Shown: piece by piece, positions 1 to 12,442 of the stretch
Numbering within the stretch: position 1 is the stretch's first letter
How the letters are laid out: each line of letters opens with the position of its first letter
From: Isosphaeraceae bacterium
GTDB lineage: Bacteria > Planctomycetota > Planctomycetia > Isosphaerales > Isosphaeraceae
Direction: 5' to 3'
NCBI GenBank assembly: GCA_965201075.1
Contig: CBDAVP010000007.1
Span: forward strand, 1 to 64,000
DNA length: 64,000 nucleotides
The notes under the pieces: generated by a model
The model's database searches: none
What the model was told of the DNA's origin: nothing
Seen by the model: the letters and a program-made list of their open reading frames with translations, nothing else
Position numbers and translations under genes: made by a program

Positions 1-44
1 ACCACTCCTCGATAACTCCCGCCCCCCTCTCCCCGAGCCGCCCG

Positions 45-1115
45 ATGCCCGAAGCCTCCCCGGTCCGACCCAACCCCGATGCCCCGTTCCTGAAAGCCTG
101 CCGACGAGAGCCGACCGACTTCACGCCGATCTGGCTGATGCGTCAGGCCGGACGCTACATGCCCGAGTACCGGGCTGTCCGCGAGAAGGTGGGGTTCCTG
201 GAACTTTGCAAGAATCCGGATCTGGCCGTCGAGGTCACGGTCACGGCGGCCGAGATCCTGGGAGTCGACGCGGCCATCCTTTTCGCCGACATCCTCCTGA
301 TCCTGGAACCCCTGGGCTTCGACCTGGAATTCGCCAAGGGGGAAGGGCCGGTCATCCACAACCCCGTCCGAGAGCCGGCCGATGTCGACCGCGTCCGCCC
401 GTTAGAGACGCCCGAACCGCTCGACTATGTGTACAGGGCCGTCTCGGCGATCCGCTCGGCCCTGCGCCCGAGTACCCCCTTGATCGGCTTCGCCGGCGCC
501 CCGTTCACCCTGGCCTGTTACTCAATCGAGGGGGGCGGATCGCGCAACTACGAGAAGGCCAAGACCTTCATGCACCGCGACCCGGGCGCCTGGGATGCCC
601 TGATGGAGCGGCTGGTCGACTCCACGGCCGTTTACCTGAACGCCCAGGCCGAGGCGGGGGCCCAGGTTCTTCAACTCTTCGACAGTTGGGTGGGAAACCT
701 CTCGCCGGTGGACTACCGACGGTTCGTCCAGCCCCACATGCGTCGGCTGTTCGCGCAACTCGCCCCGGGGGTTCCAACCATCCACTTCGGCACCGACACC
801 GGCTCTCTGCTGGAACTTCAAAGGGACGCCGGGGGAGACGTGATCGGGCTGGACTGGCGGGTGGAACTCGGGCCGACCTGGGATCGCCTGGGTTCCCACG
901 TCGCCGTGCAGGGAAATCTGGACCCGACCTTGCTGTTTGCCCCGATCCCCGAAATCCGAGAGCAGGCCCTCCGCATCGTCGAGGAAGCCAACGGTCGTCC
1001 CGGGCATATCTTCAACCTCGGCCACGGCATCCTTCCCCACACGCCCGTCGATCACGTCAAGGCGCTGGTGGATTGCGTCCACGAGGCCCGCGTCGGACAA
1101 TCGTCGCGGGGATAG
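45..1115 (+). CDS. hemE: Uroporphyrinogen decarboxylase
   Basis: PIWLMRQAGRYMPEY, FADIL, LIGFAGAPFTL, QLFDSW and HIFNLGHGI motifs. Confidence 0.97.
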   Translation: MPEASPVRPNPDAPFLKACRREPTDFTPIWLMRQAGRYMPEYRAVREKVGFLELCKNPDLAVEVTVTAAEILGVDAAILFADILLILEPLGFDLEFAKGEGPVIHNPVREPADVDRVRPLETPEPLDYVYRAVSAIRSALRPSTPLIGFAGAPFTLACYSIEGGGSRNYEKAKTFMHRDPGAWDALMERLVDSTAVYLNAQAEAGAQVLQLFDSWVGNLSPVDYRRFVQPHMRRLFAQLAPGVPTIHFGTDTGSLLELQRDAGGDVIGLDWRVELGPTWDRLGSHVAVQGNLDPTLLFAPIPEIREQALRIVEEANGRPGHIFNLGHGILPHTPVDHVKALVDCVHEARVGQSSRG

Positions 1116-1141
1116 CTCGACGGCGTGACGGGTCCGCATTG

Positions 1142-2884
1142 ATGGTGGTCCATTGGTCGGCGAATCCGGTCTTTGCCCGCGAACTTCTGGCCGGGTCTCG
1201 TCGCTGGCAGGGCTTCGCGGGGCGTTCGCTGTTCGTCGGCATCCTCCTGGCGTGGTTATTGGTTGTCTGGAGGCAGGTCGGGCCGGTCGTTGAGATCAAT
1301 CCCTACCGCCTGAGTGTGATCGGCTCCGCATTCGCAACCGGCGTCTTGGCCATCCAGTTGGCCCTCGTATTACTCGTGGGGCCCGCGGCGACGGCGTCAT
1401 CCCTCTGCGTCGAGAAAGGGCGAGGGACCCTCCACCACGCCTTCCTGACCGACCTGTCCCCCGGGGAGATCGTCCGGGGCAAGCTAGCGGCGAAGTTGCT
1501 CCCACTCCTCGGGCTGCTGACCTGCTCATTTCCTGTCCTGGCGTTAACGGCCCTCTTCGGCGGCGTCAGTTATGCTTGGCTGTTGGGAGCGTACCTCGTC
1601 GTCGTCGGGTCGGCCCTGGTCGGTTCGAGTCTGGGACTTTGCCTATCGGTCTGGGCCCGCAAGCCCCACCAAGCGTTGCTCGGGGCTTACGCGATCCTGG
1701 GGACCGCACTGCTCGTCTGGCCAGTGGCGCAGGGGGTGGCGGCCCGCTGGACGAACGGGCTGGGCCCGGTCCTGGAACGACTGCTAGCCGATCTCAATCC
1801 CGTGGTCCTCGTCATCCTTCCTTCCTGGGCAACCCCGGTGGGCCTTGGCCTCGCGGATCAGGCCGCATTTCTCGCCGTCTGCGTGCTGGTCTCCTGGATG
1901 GTCCTCGGCCTTACGACGTCTCGAGTGCGGCCCGTGTCGCTGTCGCAGGTGAACCGACCCGCACGGCGACCTCGTCCTGGCCTGCCGGCGAAGACCGTCG
2001 GCTTCATCCCCGGCCCGGACCTCGACGCCAATCCCATCCTCTGGCGGGAGTGGCATCGCAAGCGGCCCACCCTCTGGGTTGGGCGCGCCTGGACGGCGTT
2101 CGGGATCCTGGCCCTGCTCGCCAGCGCCAATGTCCTTGCCCTTTATTATCTCTACCCGGGAGAGGATTCCTCGGCCCTGGCCGGTCACGTCAACGCGGGG
2201 GTGGTCGGGCTGGGCCTGCTTCTCCTGGGAATCTCGTCCGCCTCGTCGCTGGCCGAGGAGCGGGACCGTGGGAGCCTGGACGTTATCATGACCACGACCT
2301 TGACGACCCGTGAGATCGTCACTGGGAAATGGTGGGGATCGTTCGCGATGGTGGGACGCCTGGCAATCCTGCCTACCTGGGTCGCGGCCGGAATGGCGAT
2401 GGTTAGCGGGGGGTGGTTGGGTACTGGCCTACTAATCCTCCAGATGTTGACGGTCGCCGCGATGGTCACGAGTTTGGGCCTGGCCATGGCCACCTGGGCC
2501 CGCCGGCCGGGCCGATCTATCTTCCTCACGGTGACTCTTTACGGATTACTCACTCTCGGCTGGCCGGTGTTGATCGCAGCATCCGCCCCATTCCTCCTCA
2601 GCAGCCCGCCGTTCTGGGAGGGGATAGTCTTTGCCAGCCCGATCGTCGGGGCCGACTTGTTGACCCGGTCGATCGGAAGCGTGGCGATGCCGAGTCAGTC
2701 CGGCAAGTGGGAGGAGCACTGGTCCATCCTGAGCTGGAATGCCTGCTGGGTGCTCTGCTATGCCTGCTCGGCGGCGTTCTTGCGGACGGCCACCCATTTG
2801 ACGTTTGACCGTCGACTCGGACGGACGACGTCCCGAAAGCCCTCGACTGCCGGCGATTCCCGGCGGCGATCCGGTCCGTTATGA
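1142..2884 (+). CDS. ABC-2 type transporter permease-like membrane protein with two homologous halves
   Basis: Hydrophobic helices; NPVFAREL/NPILWREW and EKGRGTL..EIVRGKL / EERDRGSL..EIVTGKW repeated. Start taken at ATG 1142, not the track start 206 inside hemE. Confidence 0.8.
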   Translation: MVVHWSANPVFARELLAGSRRWQGFAGRSLFVGILLAWLLVVWRQVGPVVEINPYRLSVIGSAFATGVLAIQLALVLLVGPAATASSLCVEKGRGTLHHAFLTDLSPGEIVRGKLAAKLLPLLGLLTCSFPVLALTALFGGVSYAWLLGAYLVVVGSALVGSSLGLCLSVWARKPHQALLGAYAILGTALLVWPVAQGVAARWTNGLGPVLERLLADLNPVVLVILPSWATPVGLGLADQAAFLAVCVLVSWMVLGLTTSRVRPVSLSQVNRPARRPRPGLPAKTVGFIPGPDLDANPILWREWHRKRPTLWVGRAWTAFGILALLASANVLALYYLYPGEDSSALAGHVNAGVVGLGLLLLGISSASSLAEERDRGSLDVIMTTTLTTREIVTGKWWGSFAMVGRLAILPTWVAAGMAMVSGGWLGTGLLILQMLTVAAMVTSLGLAMATWARRPGRSIFLTVTLYGLLTLGWPVLIAASAPFLLSSPPFWEGIVFASPIVGADLLTRSIGSVAMPSQSGKWEEHWSILSWNACWVLCYACSAAFLRTATHLTFDRRLGRTTSRKPSTAGDSRRRSGPL

Positions 2885-2942
2885 TGGAGAAGCCGGATTA
2901 GGGATGCGGCCAAGGGGCAGGACGCGGACGGATCGAGGTCTC

Positions 2943-4451
2943 ATGCACGGGTCGAGTCTTCGAATCCCAGGGGGGCCCAACTTGGTCGAGCCCTCGGCGA
3001 ATGTCGATCGGATTGTGGTGATCGGCGGGGGTCTGTCCGGCCTGGTCGCGGCGCATCGGCTCGCCGTGCGCGGCGGCAGCGGCCGGCGGCCGGCCGAGGT
3101 GGTCGTGCTGGAGGCCAAGAACCGCGTCGGCGGGGCGATCTGGACCGACCATCGGGATGGATTCACCCTGGAGGGCGGGGCCGATTCGTTCATCACCAAC
3201 AAGCCCCACGCTTTGGACCTCTGCCATGCCCTGGGCCTGGGCGACCGCCTGATTGGCACCGATGGCCAGCATCGCCGCTCGTTCGTCGTCCGTCGAGGGC
3301 GACTGGTGCCCGTGCCCGAGGGGTTCGTCCTAATGGCCCCCCGTCGCCTCGGGCCGATGCTGACTACCCCCCTGCTCTCCTGGCGAGGCAAGCTCCGTCT
3401 CCTGATGGACCTCGTCTTGCCCAGACGCTCGGACGATGCGGACGAGAGTCTCTCGTCGTTCGCCCGTCGCCGGCTGGGTCGCGAGGTGTTCGAGCGACTG
3501 GTTCAACCGCTGGTGGGGGGCATCTACACGGCCGACCCCAACGAGTTGAGTCTCAAGGCGACCCTTCCGCAGTTCCCGGCGATGGAGCGGGCGCACGGCA
3601 GCCTGATCCGCGCGGGCCGTCGTGAGGCGAAGACGGGCGGGGCCAACTCCGGGGAACGCAACGCCTCGGGAGCCCGCTACGGGCTGTTCGCCAGCCTGGC
3701 CGACGGGATGGACACTCTGCCCCGGGCCCTGGCCTCGGCCCTGCCTTTCGGGGCATTGCGGCTGGACTCGCCCGTCCGCCGGTTGTCCCGAGACGAACCC
3801 GGTGGCCCCTGGCGGGTCGAGCTGCGCGACGGCCCACCGATCGAGGCCGCCGCCGTGGTCCTGGCGACCGAGGCCCACGCCTCGGCTCGTCTGCTCGACG
3901 GCGTTGACCCGGCCCTGGCGCAATCCCTTCGTTCGATCCCTTACGCCTCCTCGGCGATCGTCCAGTTGGCCTATCGACGGGATCAGGTCGCCCACCCCCT
4001 CGACGGCTTCGGGGCGGTGGTGCCGTCGGTCGAGGGCCGAGACCTGCTGGCCGTCTCGTTCACCAGCGTCAAGTTTCCTCGACGGGCCCCGGCCGGGACG
4101 GTCCTGCTCAGGGCCTTCCTCGGCGGAGCGACGCGGCCGGACCTGGCCGATCTTGAGGACAACGAGCTTGAAGCGATCACTCGCCGGGAGTTGGGCGAAT
4201 TGATCGGCGCGAGTGGCAACCCGTTGCTGATCGACGTGGCCCGTCATCCTCGAGCGATGCCGCAATACACCCTGGGCCACCTGGATCGCGTCGAAGAGAT
4301 TCGCCGCCTGGCCAGTCGCCACCCTCGATTGGTTCTGGTCAGCAACGCGTTTGATGGGGTTGGGATGCCGGACTGTGTCCGCTCGGCCCGAGACGCCGCC
4401 GACGCCCTGTTGAACGAGCTCGCCCGGTCCGCGTCGACCGTGGCGGCCTGA
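2943..4451 (+). CDS. hemG: Protoporphyrinogen/coproporphyrinogen oxidase (HemY type)
   Basis: [13 protein letters not shown] motif, [32 protein letters not shown]; start uncertain. Confidence 0.92.
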   Translation: MHGSSLRIPGGPNLVEPSANVDRIVVIGGGLSGLVAAHRLAVRGGSGRRPAEVVVLEAKNRVGGAIWTDHRDGFTLEGGADSFITNKPHALDLCHALGLGDRLIGTDGQHRRSFVVRRGRLVPVPEGFVLMAPRRLGPMLTTPLLSWRGKLRLLMDLVLPRRSDDADESLSSFARRRLGREVFERLVQPLVGGIYTADPNELSLKATLPQFPAMERAHGSLIRAGRREAKTGGANSGERNASGARYGLFASLADGMDTLPRALASALPFGALRLDSPVRRLSRDEPGGPWRVELRDGPPIEAAAVVLATEAHASARLLDGVDPALAQSLRSIPYASSAIVQLAYRRDQVAHPLDGFGAVVPSVEGRDLLAVSFTSVKFPRRAPAGTVLLRAFLGGATRPDLADLEDNELEAITRRELGELIGASGNPLLIDVARHPRAMPQYTLGHLDRVEEIRRLASRHPRLVLVSNAFDGVGMPDCVRSARDAADALLNELARSASTVAA

Positions 4452-4617
4452 TTCGAAGGTCCGTCCCACGACCGCCACCCGCCGATTGACCCTCGGCGGG
4501 GCCGCTCCTAAGATCGAGCCTTCGCCGCCAACGCCCCCGCCGATCGGCACGGGGGCAGTGGGCGACCCTTGTCACATCTCAGTGCGGCACCTGACTCTTG
4601 TGAGTGGAGTGAGCCCC

Positions 4618-6588
<1,971 letters not shown>

Positions 6589-6611
6589 CCTCAAACACCG
6601 GAGCCGGATTC

Positions 6612-7196
6612 ATGGCCACCGTCACGAGTGAGTTATCCCCTCTCGAACGCCACCTGGCCGACGACCCTGAACGTCTCTATGAAGTCATCGACGGCCAGAC
6701 TGTGGCGATTCCGCATATGGGGGCATGGGAGACCTGGATCGCCTCGATTCTGTCCGTGGAGCTTAACAATTGGGCGCGACCGCGACGAGCGGGCAGCTCG
6801 ATCGTCGAGGGCTTATTTCTCATTGATCCCGACAAAGGCCTGCGCCGTCGTCCCGATGTCGCTTTCGTCTCGGCGGATCGATGGGCCTTTCACAGGACGA
6901 TCCCGAGAGAGGAAATCGCCTGGGCGGTAGTACCCGATCTGGCCGTCGAGGTGATCAGTCGGACCAACCTCGCCGACGAGGTGGTGGACAAGATCGCCGA
7001 CTATTTCCTGGCCGGGGTTCGACTCGTTTGGATCATTTATCCCAGCCAGAGGCTTGTGTACGTATACGACACGCCCCGATCGGTGCGAATTCTCGGAGTG
7101 GGAGAAGTCCTGGAAGGAGACGATCGCCTTCCGGATTTCCGCCTGTCCATTGCGTCTATGTTCGGAAACGACGCAAGGGCCGTCTCAGGGGAATAA
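6612..7196 (+). CDS. Uma2 family (DUF820) endonuclease-fold protein
   Basis: YEVIDG, RRPDVAF, VPDLAVEVIS, K..DYFLAGVRLVWII. Confidence 0.9.
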   Translation: MATVTSELSPLERHLADDPERLYEVIDGQTVAIPHMGAWETWIASILSVELNNWARPRRAGSSIVEGLFLIDPDKGLRRRPDVAFVSADRWAFHRTIPREEIAWAVVPDLAVEVISRTNLADEVVDKIADYFLAGVRLVWIIYPSQRLVYVYDTPRSVRILGVGEVLEGDDRLPDFRLSIASMFGNDARAVSGE

Positions 7197-7242
7197 TCCC
7201 ACGATCCGGCCGTTGTTCGGTGTTTGTGGGTCGTCCCGAAGG

Positions 7243-7563
7243 TCAGATCGGGTAAAGGCTGCCCAGCTCGGCACGAGCCTTGGCGCTGCCCTTCGAGGCC
7301 TTGATGAGCGGGAAGGTCTTCAAGACTCCGTCGACTTCCAGGGTCAACTGGCCAGAGCGGATGACCGAGGTGGCGACCCTGACGTGCCGGGTCAGGCCGT
7401 TGGGGAGCCAGACGTGGATTCGCTGGAGGTTCGGTTTGAAAGTCCGCCGACTGATGCCGGTGGTCTTGATGCCGACACCACCCAGGTACTTCGCCTTGCC
7501 TCGACGGGTGATGTGGTTGCCAAACGAGGTCTTCTTACCGCTGACTTCGCACTGCCGTCCCAT
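7243..7563 (-). CDS. rpmB: 50S ribosomal protein L28
   Basis: MGRQCEVSGKKTSFGN...RRTFKPNLQ; start at ATG 7563. Confidence 0.93.
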   Translation of the reverse strand: MGRQCEVSGKKTSFGNHITRRGKAKYLGGVGIKTTGISRRTFKPNLQRIHVWLPNGLTRHVRVATSVIRSGQLTLEVDGVLKTFPLIKASKGSAKARAELGSLYPI

Positions 7564-7622
7564 CGCAGTCCACTCCGAGAGGGGCGTGAATCGCCGAGGT
7601 GGCGGCGATCCTGGCCTGGGCT

Positions 7623-7811
7623 TCAGGATTCCGCTTTGATCTTCAAGACCTGACGGCCGCGATACGTCCCGCATTCGGGGCAGACCGTCAAGCGGGGTCG
7701 GAGGCTTCGGCACTGGGGGCAAGGCGTCAGCGCCACGTTGAAGTGCAGGGCGTCGTGGCTGCGACGCATGCCTTGTTTCGACGGTGAGGTTCGTCGCTTC
7801 GGTACGGCCAC
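7623..7811 (-). CDS. rpmF: 50S ribosomal protein L32 (Zn-ribbon form)
   Basis: MAVPKRRTS..MRRSH, CPQC and CPECG motifs. Confidence 0.95.
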   Translation of the reverse strand: MAVPKRRTSPSKQGMRRSHDALHFNVALTPCPQCRSLRPRLTVCPECGTYRGRQVLKIKAES

Positions 7812-7878
7812 GAGGCTCGCTCCAGGAGAATCACGATTTCGAGACGGGTGCCGGCGCCAGGAGGGCCGAAAAGGTCAG

Positions 7879-7908
7879 AGCATAGCCAACCTTGGCCCCG
7901 CGTGGCAA
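7879..7908 (-). promoter_or_regulatory. Possible sigma70 promoter for rpmF-rpmB
   Basis: Minus strand TTGCCA-N18-TATGCT about 70 bp upstream of rpmF. Confidence 0.4.
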
Positions 7909-8034
7909 GACCGACGCCGGTATTGTCGGGCGAGGACCCGGAAATCTCGGCAAGGTCCCGTCGCGTCGGGCGAATCCGAAGGGTTATGCTAAGCTTCGGC
8001 ATCGGGACAAACGGCGCGGACTGGGCAGGTCACA

Positions 8035-8907
8035 ATGGTGGAACGTCGAGATATCGCCCGGCCGGGAGACCCGTCCAGGGCTCGCTGGGGGTTCATCGGC
8101 GCTGGTCGCATGGCCGCGGCTTTGGCCCGGGGAATGATTCGCGCGGACGTGGCCAATGCCGACGAGATTTCGGCCAGCGACCCTTTGGAATCGACTCGCG
8201 ATGCCCTTTCGGCCCTGGAGCCGGGGTTATTCGTCACGACGTCGAATGCCGAGGTCGTTGGGCGGTCCGAGGTGTTGGTTCTGGCCGTGAAGCCTCAGGT
8301 CATGCCGCAAGCCCTGGCGGAGCTTCAGCCGCTGGTGACGCCCGAACACCTGGTCATCTCGGTCGCGGCCGGGGTCTCACTGGCGACCCTGGCCGCCGGC
8401 CTCGGACCCGAATGTCGTCTGGTCCGCGTGATGCCGAACACCCCCGCACTGATCGGCGAGGGGGCCTCGGCTTATTGCCTGGGAACCCAGGTCCGGCCGG
8501 CCGATGAGTCCTTGGTGAAAACCTGCCTGGAATCGGTCGGACGGGCCTTCCGCGTGGGCGAGCCGTTGATGGACGCCGTGACGGGGCTCTCCGGCAGCGG
8601 TCCGGCGTTCGTTTACCAGGTGATCGAGGCGCTGTCCGACGGTGGCGTATTGGCGGGCCTTCCGCGAGAGGTCGCCACGGCGCTGGCGGCCCAGACCGTG
8701 CTGGGAGCGTCCCGAATGGTCCTGGAGACCGGCTTGCATCCGGGGACGTTGAAGGACCAGGTGGCGAGTCCCGGCGGCACGACAATCGCCGGGCTTCATG
8801 CTCTGGAGCGTGGAGGACTTCGCGCGGCGTTGATGGACGCGGTGGCCGCGGCGTCGCGACGCTCCGCCGAACTGGCTGCCGAGTCGACTCGTTCGTCCTG
8901 GTCGTGA
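8035..8907 (+). CDS. proC: Pyrroline-5-carboxylate reductase
   Basis: GFIGAGRMA, LAVKPQ, RVMPNTP, GLSGSGPAF, VASPGGTT. Confidence 0.96.
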   Translation: MVERRDIARPGDPSRARWGFIGAGRMAAALARGMIRADVANADEISASDPLESTRDALSALEPGLFVTTSNAEVVGRSEVLVLAVKPQVMPQALAELQPLVTPEHLVISVAAGVSLATLAAGLGPECRLVRVMPNTPALIGEGASAYCLGTQVRPADESLVKTCLESVGRAFRVGEPLMDAVTGLSGSGPAFVYQVIEALSDGGVLAGLPREVATALAAQTVLGASRMVLETGLHPGTLKDQVASPGGTTIAGLHALERGGLRAALMDAVAAASRRSAELAAESTRSSWS

Positions 8908-8920
8908 ACCGGGCCTTGGG

Positions 8921-9643
8921 ATGGACGGGGATGCTGATGACCGACCGCGACCGCCTGGCACTCTCCCCCCCGTCGCGGAGCCCTCGCCGGTGAAACTGGG
9001 CGTGATCTCGGACGTCCACGGCGACCCCCGCGCCCTCGCCTCGGCCTGGGAACACATGAAAGCCCTCGGGGCCGAGAAGGTCGTCTGCGCCGGTGACGTC
9101 GCCGGTTACGGGCCCAACCCCGCCGCCGCCTGTGCCTTCCTGGAGGCCCGAGGTGTCCAGACGGCCAGGGGCAATCACGACCGCTGGGCCATCGAGCGCC
9201 GCCCCTGGCGACGCGACCCGTTCGGCGGAGGCAACCCGGGTCGTCGCGGACGGGCCTTCCTGAGAGACCTGCCCACCGACCTGATCCTTGAAGATGGCGG
9301 TCGAATCGTCGTGGTGGTTCACGGGTCAATCCGCTCGGATCTGGAATTCATCCGCCCCGCGACCCACCCTCCGGAGGTCCTCCGCGAAGACCTTCAGTAT
9401 TGCGACGCCGACCTCCTGCTCCACGGCCATACCCACGTGCCGATGTGGTATCGAGACCGCTTCGGGCTGGTGGTCAACCCCGGGTCACTGGTTTCCGCTT
9501 CGGTGGTGCGGTCGTCGCAGACCTTCGCCCTGGTGGACCTGGCGTCGTTGGCGGTGAGCTTCCACGACGTGGAAAGCGGCGAGGCGGTCGAGGTCCCCCC
9601 ATGGCCCGAAGTGGTCGAGGTCGCGCCGGGAGTTGGTCCCTGA
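8921..9643 (+). CDS. Calcineurin-like metallophosphoesterase (YfcE/MJ0912-like)
   Basis: SDVHG, AGDVAGYG, RGNHD, HGHTH, NPGS motifs; start may be GTG 8990. Confidence 0.88.
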   Translation: MDGDADDRPRPPGTLPPVAEPSPVKLGVISDVHGDPRALASAWEHMKALGAEKVVCAGDVAGYGPNPAAACAFLEARGVQTARGNHDRWAIERRPWRRDPFGGGNPGRRGRAFLRDLPTDLILEDGGRIVVVVHGSIRSDLEFIRPATHPPEVLREDLQYCDADLLLHGHTHVPMWYRDRFGLVVNPGSLVSASVVRSSQTFALVDLASLAVSFHDVESGEAVEVPPWPEVVEVAPGVGP

Positions 9644-9752
9644 GAAGTTGCGTTCTCGACCGGGCGTCGTCTTGCTAGATTGACGACTTGGCCCCGAGCG
9701 GGGCGAATGTCCGACTGACCGACCCAACGCCCGAATGAGGCGCCACCCGCCG

Positions 9753-11297
9753 ATGGAACGTCCCGTCCTGGTCCTGGATTTTGGCTCGCAATACGTCCAA
9801 TTGATCGCCCGACGAGTCCGCGAGCGCCACGCCTTCGCGCGGATCGTCCGCCACGACCTGCCGGCCGGGCGGATTCGCGAACTCGACCCCCTGGCCATCA
9901 TCCTTTCCGGCGGCCCATCGAGTGTTTACGAGCCCGGCGCTCCCCGTTGCGACCCGGCGCTTTTCGATCTGGACGTGCCGATCCTGGGGATTTGCTACGG
10001 GATGCAACTGGTCTGCGAAGCGCTCGGAGGCGCCGTCCGACCGAGCCCCGCTCGCGAGTATGGTCGAGCCGATTGCCAGGTTCTCGATCCCGAGGACGAT
10101 GTCTTCCGGGGCGTTCCGCCCACCACGACCGTCTGGATGAGCCATGGCGACCAGGTTCACGACGCGGGCGAGCACTTCCTGCCCCTGGCCGCCACGGCCA
10201 CCTGCCCCGTGGCCGCGGTGCGGCATCGTTCCCGGCCCGTCTACGCCCTCCAGTTCCACCCCGAGGTGGCCCATACGCCCTATGGCCCCTTGATCCTGGG
10301 GAATTTCCTGGATCGCGTCTGTCAGAGCCCTGGCAACTGGACGATGGGGGCGTTCCTGGAGCAGGCTGTCGAACGCATCCGAACTCAGGTTGGACCCAGC
10401 GATCGGGTTGTCTGCGGGCTTTCGGGCGGGGTCGATTCCGCCGTCGCCGCGGCTCTGCTGGCCAGGGCCCTGGGGCCTCGGGTCGTCTGCGTCTTCGTCG
10501 ATAACGGCCTCCTTCGTTCGGGAGAGCGGGCGACTGTCGCCGAGGCCTTCGGCCGCCATTCCGACGCCGAGTTGCGCGTCGTCGACGCCTCCGAGCGGTT
10601 CCTCTCCGCGCTCAAAGGGGTGGTCGACCCCCAGGACAAACGGGTCCGGATCGGCCACACCTTCATCGACGTCTTTCGAGACGAGGCCAGGTCCATCCCC
10701 GACGCCCGGTTCCTTTGTCAGGGGACCCTCTACCCCGACGTGATCGAGAGTGGAGGCGCCCCCGACGCCCCGGCCTCGACGATCAAGCACCACCACAACG
10801 TCGGCGGCCTCCCCGCGGAGCTGGGCTTCGAGTTGATCGAGCCCCTGCGCGACCTGTTCAAGGACGAGGTTCGTCGCCTCGGGCTGGAACTCGGCCTGCC
10901 CGAGTCGCTGGTCTGGCGGCACCCGTTCCCCGGCCCCGGGCTGGCGGTTCGCTGCCTGGGCGAGGTGACATCCCAACGGCTGGACGTCCTGCGGCAGGCC
11001 GATGTGATCTTCCTGGAAGAACTCAACCAGGCCGAGCTTTATCGCAAGACGGGTCAGGCGTTCGCCGTGCTCCTGCCGGTGCAATCGGTGGGGGTGATGG
11101 GGGACGGCCGCACCTACGAGAACGTCATCGCCCTGCGCTGCGTGGACACCGACGACTTCATGACGGCCGACTGGTCGAGATTGCCGCACGACCTCCTGGC
11201 CCGGGCCTCGACCCGGATCATCAACGCGGTGAAGGGGGTTAACCGGGTGGTCTACGACGTGACGAGCAAGCCGCCGGGCACGATTGAATGGGAATAG
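9753..11297 (+). CDS. guaA: GMP synthase (glutamine-hydrolysing)
   Basis: [44 protein letters not shown]. Confidence 0.98.
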   Translation: MERPVLVLDFGSQYVQLIARRVRERHAFARIVRHDLPAGRIRELDPLAIILSGGPSSVYEPGAPRCDPALFDLDVPILGICYGMQLVCEALGGAVRPSPAREYGRADCQVLDPEDDVFRGVPPTTTVWMSHGDQVHDAGEHFLPLAATATCPVAAVRHRSRPVYALQFHPEVAHTPYGPLILGNFLDRVCQSPGNWTMGAFLEQAVERIRTQVGPSDRVVCGLSGGVDSAVAAALLARALGPRVVCVFVDNGLLRSGERATVAEAFGRHSDAELRVVDASERFLSALKGVVDPQDKRVRIGHTFIDVFRDEARSIPDARFLCQGTLYPDVIESGGAPDAPASTIKHHHNVGGLPAELGFELIEPLRDLFKDEVRRLGLELGLPESLVWRHPFPGPGLAVRCLGEVTSQRLDVLRQADVIFLEELNQAELYRKTGQAFAVLLPVQSVGVMGDGRTYENVIALRCVDTDDFMTADWSRLPHDLLARASTRIINAVKGVNRVVYDVTSKPPGTIEWE

Positions 11298-11430
11298 GCC
11301 GCGAGAAATCCATTTTCAACAGTGTCGGCTGGTCTCCGATTTGGGGATAACAGACCAGTGGCCCGGGTTTTCCCCCCCGCGGGCGCGTCGCCCCGACCCC
11401 GCGCCTCGCCCCTGGTGGGGAGGCCCTGTC

Positions 11431-12351
11431 ATGTCCGCCTACGAATACGTCAAGCCCCCCAAGTTTCTGGCCCTGTTCGCCAAGCCTCCCACCGACCCGA
11501 TCCTGGCCAGCACCCTGGCCGATTTCGTCACGGGTTCGGCGACCGTTTGCCTGGATCACAGCCAGTGGCTGACGAACGACGTGGCCGACCTGATCCGCTC
11601 TCGCCCGGGCTGCTGGGTCGACCTGATCGGCCACGCCAGCAACCTCGGTGACGCGAAGAGCAACCTGACGTTGTCCACACATCGGGTGGACCGGGTCGAG
11701 AAGCTGATTCGCTCGGCGCTCGACCCCCAGGACTTCGAGAGTTTCAAGCACTTTCCCGAGGGCTCGTCCCACAGCGGCTCGGTCATGAACGATGACTCGC
11801 CGCAGTATCGGTCGGTGGAGGTCCTCGTCTACGGAACCGACGCCCCCAAACCCCCGCCCCCGCCGCCCTCGCCCGTGACCAAGGAGTGGCTGACCTCGCG
11901 AGTGACCACCCAGCATGTGGTGATTACCAAGGAACCGGGCGAGCCGGGCATGGGTTCGGGCCACGGGGGCCGCTTCGTCAAGATCTTCAACTCCGCCGCC
12001 GACAGCATCAAAGATAAGGAACGGGTCGATGCCCATCCTTGCGAAGCGGGCGACCCGGATTTCGGAATCGTTAAGTCGACCAAGAGTTCTCAGATCAAGC
12101 GTGAATTTGTGATCACGCAGGCGACCATCGAACGAGTTGGCTGGAACCGTGGGACGACAATGCATCTTGGGTACTATGAACTCACCTTCGATTCTGAACG
12201 CACCTACACCTTCGCCTATGGTCCAGGCAATCACGACCAGAAGGTAAGTGTCAAGCGACACACCAAGATCTTCGACGAAAAAGGAAAGGTCTTCGTCGAT
12301 ACGAACGAGACCTTCCTGGCCGACCAGCCGGGCAGCTACCTTGATCCTTGA
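11431..12351 (+). CDS. OmpA-C-like domain protein with Pro linker and unknown C-terminal domain
   Basis: LIGHAS..G...NLTLSTHRVDRV and YRSVEV resemble GHTD..G..N..LS..RA..V and NRRVEI; no signal peptide. Confidence 0.6.
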   Translation: MSAYEYVKPPKFLALFAKPPTDPILASTLADFVTGSATVCLDHSQWLTNDVADLIRSRPGCWVDLIGHASNLGDAKSNLTLSTHRVDRVEKLIRSALDPQDFESFKHFPEGSSHSGSVMNDDSPQYRSVEVLVYGTDAPKPPPPPPSPVTKEWLTSRVTTQHVVITKEPGEPGMGSGHGGRFVKIFNSAADSIKDKERVDAHPCEAGDPDFGIVKSTKSSQIKREFVITQATIERVGWNRGTTMHLGYYELTFDSERTYTFAYGPGNHDQKVSVKRHTKIFDEKGKVFVDTNETFLADQPGSYLDP

Positions 12352-12442
12352 AATCGAGCGACGGCCGCGGGCATAGTGAATCCTGCGGCGGCGTCACCCG
12401 GGATGGTGGCCCGCGAGCCGAGAATCAGCGAGGACGGAATCG

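Noticed and set aside
206..1141. 312-aa N-terminal extension of the permease ORF overlapping hemE
   Set aside because: Arg/Pro/Gly-rich off-frame translation of hemE; the membrane protein starts at ATG 1142
4561..4576. CRP/FNR-like site GGCGA-N6-TCACA upstream of acs
   Set aside because: Only one good half-site; compatible with chance
6612..7196. Uma2 gene as part of a defence system
   Set aside because: Solitary Uma2 paralogs are common in planctomycetes and no partner genes are adjacent
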